Program-made: the position numbers and the translations under genes
Assembly: GCA_016938065.1 (NCBI GenBank)
Contig: JAFGVI010000124.1
Span: forward strand, 2,199 to 66,198
Source: Deltaproteobacteria bacterium
GTDB lineage: Bacteria > Desulfobacterota > Anaeroferrophillalia > Anaeroferrophillales > Tharpellaceae
DNA: 64,000 nt
Reading direction: 5' to 3'
Notes under the pieces: generated by a model
Databases searched by the model: none
Told to the model about the DNA's origin: nothing
Seen by the model: the letters and a program-made list of their open reading frames with translations, nothing else
Shown here: in pieces, positions 31,401-40,438 of the stretch
How the letters are laid out: each line of letters opens with the position of its first letter
How positions within the stretch are numbered: the stretch's first letter is position 1

Positions 31401-31533
31401 CCCGATCCTCACCAAGCACCACCACCTCGGGCAGCTGCAGCCCTTCTCCCGACTGATTCGAAAAAAGAGGCTGCCAGGAGCAGAGAAACGTGGCCAGCAG
31501 GAGCCAGGCTATAATATTTTTAAGACGCAGCAT
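28477..31533 (-). CDS. Large exported tetratricopeptide repeat protein
   Basis: Start at ATG 31533 (MLRLKN..., signal-peptide-like) avoids overlap with the upstream gene; many TPR units such as LFNLGESYFSLGNY and LIRVGESYFNQGDY. Confidence 0.88.
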   Translation of the reverse strand: MLRLKNIIAWLLLATFLCSWQPLFSNQSGEGLQLPEVVVLGEDRARLEGFRDFGLLPALAPGIKLEPVADNLTLDARTGQSGPEWETAAAQAPGCAYRNPLTASLARGFNGAEGYYRSGRQKYIEGLLGEAEAYFTAGLEKFKDSELVPDFHYWLAEIAFRQENYQVARNHFAVVAGAETNLFYHYACYSLAWLDYRDKAYPAAVKWFAVASLSPDRRLAAAALFWQGEALLDAGQLDAGRLVLLRLTVAYPAAAEYRAALYRLATISFNERDYQTAFNYLAALPAAAAGAGEGDMLQRQADLARGWCLYFLRASSEAEALFSTLQQESAGFDDVIPLAFLGEILSLLKQQKITAAEDLFAGRRSELSRAAVAAAALRELAAAYTEAGDYTAAVRCGQLLLSSFPAALVEVDDYRRLARLQVKLEQNDKALATLAQGIEGAAGVSGAPLLQLERARILLSAGEAKAAADLLQGLFAEKDKFKEAADRTQLYLLLARSLNRQGKFAQTLAVLAAGPDDCAPAERADLLYERGWAALKNSAYAGAAADFSAYLEIAGKSGKPLLMIQNAAINRAEALFNQHLDQEAAEALRQFVERYPQSPFLARAQNYRGLLALRQGEFEKAATILAHLLPAAAGTDPALVAEILFNLGESYFSLGNYAQAIKTYQQLTAQYPGAEISGRALIRVGESYFNQGDYLKAQLVYLQAKQAFPGGSIDEKASYGMLLLAYNQDKFAYLEIEVKNFIARFPESSYTVPLLLLLADLYQRQGRQADLLSLFRQLEEGDYAGDLQLEAYYRHFKLDLDGGRQQMARDDCLALLQRFPASKYECDCRLFLARYAFAGKDFSAAETALAGMPEACPDPDLRREVTLLKAQICQQLGDSGKARSYFLAVIEEQRRDNSDFAACSGLGALLAQRREFDEALFFYDKAVADPRPAEAAAASLQRAGVLERAGRRREALQAYLRLSYLFPGQEEPVVEALLAAVRLARNEKDGATVKKITEKLKTMKLSGAQEKEFKKLVD

Positions 31534-31558
31534 ATAAAAAGCAAAACCAAAACATGAT

Positions 31559-32746
31559 TTATTCCCCGGCATCCGCCAGCTCATGTCCGGGAAAGAGCAT
31601 CTGGGCCTCACCTAAGGTGAAGCGGCCGGAAACAATCCACTCTTTAAGCGTTTCGGCAATTTCCAGGGCCCGGCTGTAACTGGAGAGCGGGGTGGCCGGG
31701 GTTTTTTTACCATTGACCTCGATCATCCCGCTTTTGAGATCGGCATAGCTGACCTCGCCGTAGCTGCGCGAGACCGCCATCGGATAGTCATAACCATAAT
31801 CGATAACTTGAGCGTAGAGATCGGCATCACGCACTGCCGTAAACTGAGCCATCCGCTCATTAATAATCGGAATCGGAATCCCGACCCCGACCGCGAGGCT
31901 GCAGCCGTAGCCGAGCATGCTGACCCCGACGAGCCAGCGCGGCGACATCTCCTTGAGATTGCCGGTCAGCATCAAGGTGCCGGCCCCCTCTTTGACCACG
32001 CCATTTTCGCCGCGGGCAACATAGGGATTGTGCTGAGTCCCGCTCCAGGTGACAAAACCGACCCCGCCGCCCAGGAAAATTTTGGTGCCCAGACCCGTCG
32101 TCAGATAGTAGGGATCATTGAAAAGCGGACTGAGCTGGCCGGCACTGCAGTAGGTTGCATTACCGCCTTTCGGCCGTAAGACCCCCATGTAGGTGTAGAT
32201 GGTTTTTTCGGCCAGATTGACGGCGCAGTTGTAGTTCTGATAGGCATTGCGGGGATTGCAGAGAATGGCATTGGGCATCGCGGCAAGGTCAATATCCTTT
32301 TCCACAACCTTGCTCGGATAGCAATCAGTGCCGTAGCCCTCCATATAGAGATGCACCTTCTTGCCATAAACCAGATCCTGAATGACATGGCCCCCACCAT
32401 AACGAAACTGACCCGGATGCACTTTATTCAGGGGATCGTCATCACTGGGCTCGGTCGCGCCGAGAAAAAAATCGACCGCGGCGATCCCGCCATAAGCCGG
32501 AACATTATTGATCCAGGCCCGACTCGCTTTAATCTTGGGCGAGGTATGACCGACGTTGAGAAAAACCCCGGAAGAGCACATCGGAGCAAAGGTGCCGGTG
32601 GTCACCACATCAACCTTGCGGGCGGCTTCCACCGGCCCCAGCTTCTCGACCACCCCGATCATCTCTTCGGCATTGACAACCACTACTTTGCCGCTTTTAA
32701 TGCGCGCATTAATTTCCTGAATCGATTTCTGTACTTTATAAGCCAT
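31559..32746 (-). CDS. Homocysteine biosynthesis enzyme (DUF39; L-aspartate semialdehyde sulfurtransferase family)
   Basis: EINARIKSGKVVV, VDVVTTGTFAPMCSSG, PRNAYQNY, GQLSPLFNDP and GTQH. Confidence 0.85.
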   Translation of the reverse strand: MAYKVQKSIQEINARIKSGKVVVVNAEEMIGVVEKLGPVEAARKVDVVTTGTFAPMCSSGVFLNVGHTSPKIKASRAWINNVPAYGGIAAVDFFLGATEPSDDDPLNKVHPGQFRYGGGHVIQDLVYGKKVHLYMEGYGTDCYPSKVVEKDIDLAAMPNAILCNPRNAYQNYNCAVNLAEKTIYTYMGVLRPKGGNATYCSAGQLSPLFNDPYYLTTGLGTKIFLGGGVGFVTWSGTQHNPYVARGENGVVKEGAGTLMLTGNLKEMSPRWLVGVSMLGYGCSLAVGVGIPIPIINERMAQFTAVRDADLYAQVIDYGYDYPMAVSRSYGEVSYADLKSGMIEVNGKKTPATPLSSYSRALEIAETLKEWIVSGRFTLGEAQMLFPGHELADAGE

Positions 32747-32764
32747 TATCTGATCAATCTCCTG

Positions 32765-33205
32765 CTATAAAAGTCCAGGCGCAACGGATAGCGCCAACTC
32801 GAAAAGTTCATCCTGACGTTGCTCCATGGCGGCGGCCTCCGCGGCCGCCACCCCGACATGCTCAAAGCCGAGAAGATGCAGGATCCCATGAATCAGGTAG
32901 TAGACAATCCCCTCGGCAATATTATAGCCGAGCGGCGCCGTCTCGCGCCCGGCGGTCTCGACCGAGACCACAATATCGCCCAGATGCCCGGCCTCTTTTT
33001 CCTGAGGAAAAGATATCACATTGGTCGGCCAGGGACGACTAAAAAATTTTTCATTAAGTTCGGCAATCTGCCGGTCATCAAGCAGTTCAATCTCAAGATC
33101 AAGATCGACCACGTCAAGAGCGTCGAGAACCGGCGCCAATAACCGGTGCAGGGTTTTGAGTTCGACCTTCGCACGCGTCTGGCGATCGGTTATATAAAGT
33201 GCCAT
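32765..33205 (-). CDS. ybeY: rRNA maturation endoribonuclease YbeY
   Basis: PTNVISF, LGDIVVS and HGILHLLGFEH; follows phoH. Confidence 0.93.
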   Translation of the reverse strand: MALYITDRQTRAKVELKTLHRLLAPVLDALDVVDLDLEIELLDDRQIAELNEKFFSRPWPTNVISFPQEKEAGHLGDIVVSVETAGRETAPLGYNIAEGIVYYLIHGILHLLGFEHVGVAAAEAAAMEQRQDELFELALSVAPGLL

Positions 33206-33208
33206 GAC

Positions 33209-34168
33209 TTACACCCTAACCTCATATTTTTCATAAGCCGTGATTATTTTCTGGACCAGGGGATGACGCACCACGTCAACTGAAGTCAAATGACTGAAAT
33301 CGATGCCTTTGACCCCTTTAAGAATTTTCTGTACGGTAACGAGACCGGATTCGCGTTCCCCCGGAAGATCGGTCTGGGTCACATCGCCGGTAATCACCGC
33401 CTTGGAGCCGAAACCGAGGCGGGTCAGAAACATCTTCATTTGCTCGTTGGTCGTGTTCTGGGCCTCGTCAAGAATCACAAAGGCATCATTTAAGGTCCGG
33501 CCGCGCATGAATGCCAGCGGCGCCACCTCAATGATCCCTTTATCCAACATTTCCCGGGTCTTGTCAAACGAGATAATGTCATGCAGGGCATCGTAGAGAG
33601 GGCGCAGGTAGGGATCGACCTTCTCCTGCAGATCACCGGGAAGAAAACCCAAACGCTCCCCCGCTTCCACCGCCGGCCGGGTCAGCACAATGCGCTCGAC
33701 CTTGTGTTCATGCAGGGCGGCAACCGCCATGGCCATCGCCAGATAGGTTTTGCCGGTACCGGCCGGGCCGATGGCAAAGACTATATCATGGCGCCGGATG
33801 GCATCGATATAGAACTTCTGCCCCCGGCTCTTGGGAGAGATATAGCGCCGGGCCCCGCCTTTCCCGCGAATATAGACCTTATCGAGAAAAATCTCTTTCA
33901 GATCAGCCCCGGCATCGGCCGATTTAATGCGCCAGGCATAGGCGATATCGGCGGCGTAGAGAGGATAACCGGCCACCACGAGATCGTAGAGCCCCTGCAG
34001 CACCGCCAGAGCAAGCTCGGCTTTCAAGGGATCGCCTTCGACCATTACCGTGGTGCCTCTGGTATTGATCGTTACCCCGGCACTCTCGCTGAGCTGCTGC
34101 AGATGCTCCCCGCCCTCACCGAACAGCACCTGCAGCACCGCGGCGTCGGCAAAATTAAGTTTATACAT
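33209..34168 (-). CDS. phoH: PhoH family ATPase (YbeZ)
   Basis: GPAGTGKT, RPAVEAGERLGFLPG, MRGRT, DEAQN and VVRHPLV. Confidence 0.95.
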   Translation of the reverse strand: MYKLNFADAAVLQVLFGEGGEHLQQLSESAGVTINTRGTTVMVEGDPLKAELALAVLQGLYDLVVAGYPLYAADIAYAWRIKSADAGADLKEIFLDKVYIRGKGGARRYISPKSRGQKFYIDAIRRHDIVFAIGPAGTGKTYLAMAMAVAALHEHKVERIVLTRPAVEAGERLGFLPGDLQEKVDPYLRPLYDALHDIISFDKTREMLDKGIIEVAPLAFMRGRTLNDAFVILDEAQNTTNEQMKMFLTRLGFGSKAVITGDVTQTDLPGERESGLVTVQKILKGVKGIDFSHLTSVDVVRHPLVQKIITAYEKYEVRV

Positions 34169-35256
34169 CAGAGAGCCTTGAGCAGGACGGCAATGATCCG
34201 ATCCTGCTCCGCAACCGTCAGAAAAGGGTGCATCGGCAGCGAAAAAATCTCGGTCGCAATCTTTTCGGCTACGGGAAAGTCACCGGCACGATAGCCGAGA
34301 TCAGCAAACGCCGGCTGCAGATGTAAAGGGATGGGATAGTGCACAGCCGACGGAATTCCGGCCGCCGCCAGCGCGGCCACAACCTCATCGCGCCGGGCTG
34401 AGCGCAACGAATATTGAGCAAAAACCGAGACACAGCCGTCTGCCACCGTCGGCGTGATGAAATGCTCCGACAAAGCCTGACTGTAGCGGGAAGCGATATT
34501 TATACGTCGACTGATCTCTTCCGGGAAATAGGGCAATTTCGCCAGCAGAATGGCCGCCTGCAAGGTGTCGAGACGACTGTTGCAGCCGATCATCTCATGA
34601 TAGTAGCGCTGCTTCTGACCGTGGTTGCGCAAAGAGCGCAGCTTTTCGGCAAACTCCGCCTCAGCCGTAAAAAGCATGCCGCCGTCACCGTAACAGCCCA
34701 GCGGTTTGGAAGGGAAAAACGAGGTTGCGGCCAGATCGCCGAAACTGCCGCAGTTGCGCCCCAGACGCGCCCCGCCTAAAGCTTGGGCCGCATCTTCAAT
34801 CAGTTTCAAGCCATGCCGGGCGGCCACTTTTTCGATCTCGGGATAAGCCGCCGGATGACCATAGAGATCAACCGCGATAATGGCTCTGGTCGCCGGGCTG
34901 ACAGCCGCTTCCAGAGCGGCGGGATCAAGATTGTAAGTCTGCTCCTCGATATCGACAAAGACCGGCCGCGCCCCGGTCAGGACAATCGTTTCCGCGGTCG
35001 CAATAAAGGTAAAAGGGGTGGTGATCACCTCATCACCGGGACCGATCCCCAACACCATCAGAGCCATCTGCAGAGCATCAGTGCCTGAGGCGCAGGCCAC
35101 TGCATGTTTGACCCCAACAAAATCAGCCAGGCCCTCTTCCAGAGCCTCGACCTGAGGACCATTGATAAACTGGGTTGAGTTGAGCACCGCCTTGACCGCG
35201 ACATCAATCTCCGCCTGATAGGCCAGATACTGCGCCTTGAGATCTACAAACTGCAT
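34168..35256 (-). CDS. DegT/DnrJ/EryC1/StrS PLP aminotransferase (WbpE/GnnB-like)
   Basis: MQFVDLKAQY, SGTDAL, EDAAQ, SFFPSKPLGCYGDGG and NSRLDTLQAA. Confidence 0.9.
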   Translation of the reverse strand: MQFVDLKAQYLAYQAEIDVAVKAVLNSTQFINGPQVEALEEGLADFVGVKHAVACASGTDALQMALMVLGIGPGDEVITTPFTFIATAETIVLTGARPVFVDIEEQTYNLDPAALEAAVSPATRAIIAVDLYGHPAAYPEIEKVAARHGLKLIEDAAQALGGARLGRNCGSFGDLAATSFFPSKPLGCYGDGGMLFTAEAEFAEKLRSLRNHGQKQRYYHEMIGCNSRLDTLQAAILLAKLPYFPEEISRRINIASRYSQALSEHFITPTVADGCVSVFAQYSLRSARRDEVVAALAAAGIPSAVHYPIPLHLQPAFADLGYRAGDFPVAEKIATEIFSLPMHPFLTVAEQDRIIAVLLKAL

Positions 35257-35290
35257 TAATTTTATCCTTATTATTGAAAATTTTCAGCAA

Positions 35291-35956
35291 TTATTCAGGC
35301 AGTTCTGCCAGAAAAGTCGTCATCTGTTCCGCTACTCTGGCAACTTCCGGGAGCACGGCCTGATAGTTACTTTCATATTCCGATGTAAGTTCGGCCGCCC
35401 CGACATCGGTAACCCCGCGTAAAACCAGAGCCGGAACCCCCATTCTCCGGGCGACCCGCACGATTGAGGCCCCCTCCCAGTCCGCCGCCAGGGCCTGATA
35501 CTGAGAAAACAGAGCCTCTCTGATCGCCACCGTATCGGCATTGCGATCAGCCGAGGCTAAAGGGCCAAGCTTGAGATGGGGAAAACCGACGGTCAACCTG
35601 GACAACAGAAAATCATCACAGGCCGTCGTCGGCACCGCCTTATGAGCACTGGCAAAATCATACTCAATCACCTGTGAAGCCAGCACCTGATCGCCGATTT
35701 TAAGGCCGGGATCAAGCCCCCCGCAGGAACCGAAATTCAGAATCAGATCGGCCTGAAAACAGTCGATCAGCATCTGGGTCGTAGCCGCCGCCATCACCTT
35801 GCCCAGCCCGGAGGTCGTAGCGACCACCTCCTTGCCGGCAAAGCAACGGTGGTAAAAATTACGCCCGGAAATTTTTTCCAGCCGCCAGCTGCCCCGGGCC
35901 AGCAGAGGCTGCAGCTCATGCCGCAAGGCGGTAATCAGAGCAATCCTGACAAACAT
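35291..35956 (-). CDS. mtnN: MTA/SAH nucleosidase family (PNP/UDP fold)
   Basis: SGLGKV-x-AA, NFGSCGG, DWEGA (EME-like) and RGVTD. Confidence 0.7.
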   Translation of the reverse strand: MFVRIALITALRHELQPLLARGSWRLEKISGRNFYHRCFAGKEVVATTSGLGKVMAAATTQMLIDCFQADLILNFGSCGGLDPGLKIGDQVLASQVIEYDFASAHKAVPTTACDDFLLSRLTVGFPHLKLGPLASADRNADTVAIREALFSQYQALAADWEGASIVRVARRMGVPALVLRGVTDVGAAELTSEYESNYQAVLPEVARVAEQMTTFLAELPE

Positions 35957-35965
35957 TTAACCTTC

Positions 35966-37039
35966 CTATTTCAAGAACAGAGCAAGATGATCAAGCAATT
36001 CGCCTATCGCCTCAGGACTCATGCGCGCCTGCACAGCACCCAGACGCCAGGCTTCACCCGGCATTCCGTTGACCACGGCGCTGGCCTCATCCTGCGCGAT
36101 CGTCACCTGGCCCCGCTGCCGCATGGCCAGGAGTTCCAAGGCTCCGTCCCGGCCCATGCCGGTCAGCAGAATCGCCAGTGTCGGCGGCGCCTGAGGCCGG
36201 GCCAGGGAACGAAAGAGCGGCGCAACCGCCGGCTGCACATTATACTCCCGCGGGGTTGACAGAAGCCGCATCAGACCCGTATCCGCAAGCTCCAGATGAT
36301 AGCCGTCGGGAGCAAAATAGGCATGACCGGGCAGCGGTTTCCGGGCCTCGGCGGCAATAGTCACCACCAGGGCCACTTCACTTTGCAGCCAGCTTACCAT
36401 CCCTTCGAGAAACCCCGAAGCAATATGCTGGACGATAAGAATCGGCAAAGGAAAATCCTGTTTCAGTTTAGCCAGAAGAGCCCGCAAGGCCAGAGGACCG
36501 CCGGTCGAAGCCCCGATGGCTATCAGCGACGGCGGAGTCCGTTTGAGCAGACCCAGAAGTTCATGATCAAAGCCCGCGACGGCAGCTTCCGTTACCGGAA
36601 GCACGGACGGCACTGCCGCCATTGACCGGCGCCGCACGACCTTGACCTCAGACAGGACTTTAACCTTGTGCAGCAGCGTCGCCACAATCTCCCGGGCTCC
36701 GGGCGAACCCGCTCCGCGCGGTTTAACAACCGCAGCCAGGGCCCCGGCCTGAATCGCGCGATAGGACTTTTCAGTCAGGTTGTGACTAAGGTTAGCGCTG
36801 CAGATAATAATCGGAACCGGATTTTCCTCCATGATCTGCCGGGTAGCCGAGATACCGTCCAGTTCCGGCATCTCGATATCCATGATCACCACCTGAGGTT
36901 TGAGAAGTTTGACCTTGGCAATCGCGTCGAGACCGTTAACTGCGGTACCGACTACCGTCATGTCCGGTTCGGCCTCGACCAGTTTGCACAGATACTTCAA
37001 GGTAGTCCGGGAATCATCAACAATCAGAACGGAAATCAT
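35966..37039 (-). CDS. cheB: Chemotaxis methylesterase (REC + CheB; WspF-like)
   Basis: Receiver MDIEMP; catalytic GASTGG, QHI and LTGMGRDG. Confidence 0.95.
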   Translation of the reverse strand: MISVLIVDDSRTTLKYLCKLVEAEPDMTVVGTAVNGLDAIAKVKLLKPQVVIMDIEMPELDGISATRQIMEENPVPIIICSANLSHNLTEKSYRAIQAGALAAVVKPRGAGSPGAREIVATLLHKVKVLSEVKVVRRRSMAAVPSVLPVTEAAVAGFDHELLGLLKRTPPSLIAIGASTGGPLALRALLAKLKQDFPLPILIVQHIASGFLEGMVSWLQSEVALVVTIAAEARKPLPGHAYFAPDGYHLELADTGLMRLLSTPREYNVQPAVAPLFRSLARPQAPPTLAILLTGMGRDGALELLAMRQRGQVTIAQDEASAVVNGMPGEAWRLGAVQARMSPEAIGELLDHLALFLK

Positions 37040-37110
37040 CGTCTGTTCCCTCCGTTAAAAACCGCCGTCACAACCCGTCCTTCACCTGTTTCTGGCATAA
37101 GAGTATAGAT

Positions 37111-38049
37111 TCATTCGTAAACGGCACCGACAAGCCGGTTGCGTCCTTCATTTTTAGCGCGGTAGAGACAGGTATCCGCCAACCCGATCAGATCATAGCC
37201 GCTAACCGCTCCCGCCTTGGCGGCGGCCGGTAAGACCGCCAGTCCGAAACTGGCAGTTACCGAAAAATCACCACCGCGGCCATCTGCAAAACGAAGATCC
37301 GCAATGACCCGCCGCATCCGTTCACAGACCGGAAAGGCTCCGTCACTGTCGGTTTCCGGCAGAACCACAACAAACTCCTCACCACCGTAACGCGCCACCC
37401 AGTCAACCCCGAAACGGATTGTCTCATTCAAGGTCCGGGCGATCTCCTTTAACACCTCATCGCCAATCAGGTGTCCATAACTGTCGTTGACCTTCTTGAA
37501 GTGATCAATATCACAGATAACCACGGTCAGAGCACGGCCATAGCGCCGCGCCTGCTTACAGGCCACAGCCAGATGCTCATCGAGATAATTGCGGTTGAAA
37601 ACCTTGGTCAGATGATCGGTATGCAGCAGACGCGAAATCTCCCGATTGCGCTCTTTCAGGGCCTGTTCCAGAGCCAGCACCCGCCGCGCCGTTGCCAGAC
37701 GGGCGACGAGTTCGGCCGGTTCAACCGGCTTGACCAGATAATCATCGGCTCCGCCTTCGAGCCCTCTGACAATCTCCTCTTTGGAGCTTTTAGCGGTAAC
37801 CAGAAAAAGATAGATATAATCATTATCCATCTGCGCGCGAATCGCCCGGCAGAGTTCAATCCCGTCCATCTCGGGCATTACCCAATCGGTAATCACGATT
37901 GAAAAAGCTTGTTTTTCGAGCAGAGACAACCCTTCGCGACCATCGCGCGCGAGTGTCACCGCATAGCCTTCCGCTTCGAGGAGAAACTGCAGCTGTAACG
38001 CCTGGGTCGGGCTGTCCTCGACCACTAAAATCGCGTATTTTTCTTTCAT
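37111..38049 (-). CDS. REC-GGDEF diguanylate cyclase (WspR-like)
   Basis: Receiver TDWVMP; DIDHFKKVNDSYGHLIGD; RYGGEEF. Confidence 0.93.
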   Translation of the reverse strand: MKEKYAILVVEDSPTQALQLQFLLEAEGYAVTLARDGREGLSLLEKQAFSIVITDWVMPEMDGIELCRAIRAQMDNDYIYLFLVTAKSSKEEIVRGLEGGADDYLVKPVEPAELVARLATARRVLALEQALKERNREISRLLHTDHLTKVFNRNYLDEHLAVACKQARRYGRALTVVICDIDHFKKVNDSYGHLIGDEVLKEIARTLNETIRFGVDWVARYGGEEFVVVLPETDSDGAFPVCERMRRVIADLRFADGRGGDFSVTASFGLAVLPAAAKAGAVSGYDLIGLADTCLYRAKNEGRNRLVGAVYE

Positions 38050-38059
38050 TTGTCGGCAA

Positions 38060-40435
38060 TCACAACAAGCGTCCTACCACATCCAAAAGATTATTCTGGT
38101 CAAATTCACTCTTGACAATATAAGCGCTGGCCCCGGCCGCAACCCCCCGCTCACGATCCTGACGATCACCCAGACTGGTCACCAGAACGACCGGAATTTC
38201 CGCCAGACGCTCATCGGCACGCATCTTCTCGGTCAGCAAAAAACCATCCATATGCGGCATCTCGACATCGGAAACCACCAGATCAAACGTCTCCTTCTGC
38301 AGCAGGCTCAGAGCAGCAAGCCCATCAACGGCGGTAGTCACCCGGTAGTCGGCCGCTTCCAGAATATTCTGCAACAGCATCCTTGAGGTTATGGAATCAT
38401 CCACGACCAGCAGTTGATGAACTTTTTCGTTCTCGGATGCGGTCCCGTCGGGAAAGGAGGCACCCGTTTCCTGAGCCGAAAAGAGGTGGCCCGGCCGCTG
38501 ACCAAGGGAACTTTCCAGAATATCATTGACATTGATGATCGGTACCACCTTGCCCGATCCCAGAATTGTCGCTCCGGCAATCAGCGGCACCCGCATCAGC
38601 TGGCGGCCCAGACCTTTTACAAGGATCTCCTGTTCCCCGAGAACCTCGTCGACCATCAGGGCCAGAGAACGATTGCCGGCACCGACGATGACCAGCGAGA
38701 TTTCATTCTGCTTGCGGCTCGGATTTGCGACCGGAGCCTTGAGCCCTAACAGTGCCGTCAGAGCAATTACGGGCAGCACCCGGCCTTCATTGTCGACCGT
38801 CATTCTTCCCTCAACCAGGAGCAGCCGTCTCTTTTCCGCTCTAAGCACCCTTTCCACTTTCAGACTGGGAAAAACAAACTCGCGCCCGGCAACAACCACC
38901 CGAATCCCCCGGCAGACGGCGACCGAAACCGGCAGATGAACGGCGAAGCGGGTGCCGGCTCCGGCCCAGGTGGAGACGGCAATTCGCCCTCCCAGATTCT
39001 CGATCTTTTCCCGGACAATCGCCATGCCCAATCCGCGCCCGGAGATTTCGGTGATTATGGGACTGGTTGAAAATCCGGAATTAAAGATCATATCGAGCAG
39101 ACTCTCGTCAGACATTGCATCCGCCGCGGCCCGGCTGACAAGGCTCAACGCCACCGCCTTCTGCTTGAGTTTATCTGTATCGATCCCGTGACCATCGTCC
39201 TCGATGGTTATATCAATTGAAGAGCCGTCACTCTGCGCGGCCCGGCACAGAATCCGTCCGCTCTGATCCTTACCCGCGGCGATGCGAATCTGCGGCACCT
39301 CAAGACCGTGATCAACCGCATTACGCAGAAGATGCATGAGCGGATCTTTCATTTCGTCGAGAACCCGGCGGTCCACCTCTATCGCTCCGCCCTGCCACTC
39401 AAAGTCGACTTTTTTCCCCAATTCCCGGGCCAGTTCCCGCACCATCCGCGCCATCGGCATAAACAGGGTCTCAATCGGCAACATCGCCACATCCCGGACC
39501 CGGTCAAGTAATTCGTCAACAAGCCCGGACTGCGTCCGCAGATCGCTCTCAACCCGACCCTCAAGCTCACCCAGGCGGCGCTCAAGCTGTTTGACCTGCT
39601 GCTGGTTGTTTTCCAGAAAACCGATGATCCGCGACCATTTTTCTGAACCGGAAAAGCTCCGTCTCATCTGCAGAACATCGCCCCTGACCATGCCCCACTG
39701 CTTCTCCCAGACAGGAAAATCGGCCAGCGTTTTCCGCAGCAGCGCCAGATGCTGGCTCAAGGCCAGTTTTAAAGAGATAAACTCTTCCGCCACCAGCATC
39801 AGTTCATCCACTTTGCGCGTTGCCACCCGCAGGGTTTCAGCCCCGGCGGCCGGGGTCGGCGAAACCACGCTTCTCGACGGCTCCGCCGCCTCGGCCGGCA
39901 GCGCCCCGGTTCCTGCCTCGGCCGGCAGCGACGGCGAACTTGAAACGTGGTTCTCAGAATCAGGCTGAGGCTCGGACGGCCCAGTACCGGCCGCCGACTC
40001 TGGCACCGCCAGAAAATTATCCAGACCGTTCTCTTCAACTTTGAGCAGCCGCGCCAGCAGTGAGGAAAACTCCCCCCGGCCGGACTCCTGCGTCACCAGC
40101 GCGGGATCGGCAATAAGCTTTTCCAGCATTTCGGCCGCGCCATAAAGCAGGTCAAGCAATACCGGCTGCGGGGGCGGATTATGTGCTTTGAGCTGTGAAA
40201 AAAGCGTCTCCAGAACCTGGCAGAGGCTTTCCACCGGCGTCAGCTTAACCGCCCGGGCCGCCCCTTTGAGACTGTGGGCTTCGCGAAACAGCACTTCAAT
40301 CAAAGGCTTGCGCTCGGCTGCGCCGGCCGCAGTTTTCCCGTAACTGTCCAGATTTGCGAAGATGCTGCTTAAACGTTCCCCCGCCTCCACTTGAAAAGCT
40401 TCGCGCAATCTCAGCAAAAGCTCCTCTTCGCGCAT
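38060..40435 (-). CDS. cheA: Hybrid CheA kinase with C-terminal receiver (WspE-like)
   Basis: Hpt AHSLKG; HLLRNAVDHG; SGRGLGM; CheW domain; REC SDVEMP. Confidence 0.95.
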   Translation of the reverse strand: MREEELLLRLREAFQVEAGERLSSIFANLDSYGKTAAGAAERKPLIEVLFREAHSLKGAARAVKLTPVESLCQVLETLFSQLKAHNPPPQPVLLDLLYGAAEMLEKLIADPALVTQESGRGEFSSLLARLLKVEENGLDNFLAVPESAAGTGPSEPQPDSENHVSSSPSLPAEAGTGALPAEAAEPSRSVVSPTPAAGAETLRVATRKVDELMLVAEEFISLKLALSQHLALLRKTLADFPVWEKQWGMVRGDVLQMRRSFSGSEKWSRIIGFLENNQQQVKQLERRLGELEGRVESDLRTQSGLVDELLDRVRDVAMLPIETLFMPMARMVRELARELGKKVDFEWQGGAIEVDRRVLDEMKDPLMHLLRNAVDHGLEVPQIRIAAGKDQSGRILCRAAQSDGSSIDITIEDDGHGIDTDKLKQKAVALSLVSRAAADAMSDESLLDMIFNSGFSTSPIITEISGRGLGMAIVREKIENLGGRIAVSTWAGAGTRFAVHLPVSVAVCRGIRVVVAGREFVFPSLKVERVLRAEKRRLLLVEGRMTVDNEGRVLPVIALTALLGLKAPVANPSRKQNEISLVIVGAGNRSLALMVDEVLGEQEILVKGLGRQLMRVPLIAGATILGSGKVVPIINVNDILESSLGQRPGHLFSAQETGASFPDGTASENEKVHQLLVVDDSITSRMLLQNILEAADYRVTTAVDGLAALSLLQKETFDLVVSDVEMPHMDGFLLTEKMRADERLAEIPVVLVTSLGDRQDRERGVAAGASAYIVKSEFDQNNLLDVVGRLL

Positions 40436-40438
40436 ACG

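Noticed and set aside
30016-31557. 513-aa plus-strand ORF, and similar long antisense ORFs (6688-7764, 14171-15541, 43348-44739, 47853-48965, 50157-51395, 61263-62312)
   Set aside because: Each shadows a well-supported gene on the opposite strand, has no recognisable motifs, and is expected from GC-rich codon bias.
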